A stretch of DNA of 64,000 nucleotides, from assembly GCA_030141605.1 (NCBI GenBank), contig JAQGDQ010000316.1, positions 210,671-274,670 of the forward strand, given 5' to 3'. Origin of the DNA: Tubiluchus corallicola. Lineage: Eukaryota; Animalia; Priapulida. A program made the position numbers and the translations under genes. The notes beneath the pieces were generated by a model. That model did no database searches. It worked only from the letters and a program-made list of their open reading frames with translations, and had not been told where the DNA came from. Within the stretch, counting starts at the first letter, position 1. The number at the start of each line of letters is the position of its first letter. This document shows positions 63,875-64,000 of this stretch, one piece after another.

Positions 63875-64000
63875 AAATCTTTATTGAAAATTATACAATA
63901 AGCCCTCTATTTGCAGGGCACAAAAGTACAAAAATGTTAAATAAGTCTTTACACTATGTACATTAAATAAATTTCTTACTAAACAAGCTGACAATTTTGC
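61715..64000 (+). repeat. Tandem duplication unit 2 (runs off window; includes the 40-bp minisatellite at 62379-63173)
   Basis: Appears identical to 56767-59052. Confidence 0.93.
62240..62362 (+). CDS. MAT: MAT exon 3, duplicate copy
   Basis: Identical to 57292-57414, including both splice sites. Confidence 0.75.

Overview
AT-rich, repeat-dense genomic DNA from an invertebrate animal (spliceosomal introns, SINEs, MITEs, long microsatellites). Host genes: the last three coding exons of a divergent annexin (+); the terminal exon of an alpha-1-adrenergic-like aminergic GPCR (+), whose TM1-6 exon is not visible in the window; a complete six-exon CatSper3-type sperm Ca2+ channel subunit (-, about 399 aa); and, head-to-head with it, exons 1-4 of an S-adenosylmethionine synthetase (MAT, +). 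A near-identical 4948-bp tandem duplication repeats MAT exon 3. A 5'-truncated Helitron (-, about 10618-18391) keeps a 1235-aa Rep/Pif1-helicase ORF. The most unusual feature lies between that ORF and the Helitron 3' terminus: about nine diverged 135-160-nt units that keep a common nested base-pairing pattern, with G-U wobbles mostly favouring the minus strand, conserved motifs and variable A-rich loops. This is a candidate transposon-borne array of structured non-coding RNAs (or ssDNA structures). The rest is LINE fragments, 5S- and tRNA-derived SINEs, hAT/pogo/Kolobok-type MITEs, LTR remnants and minisatellites. All calls were made by eye, with no database searches.
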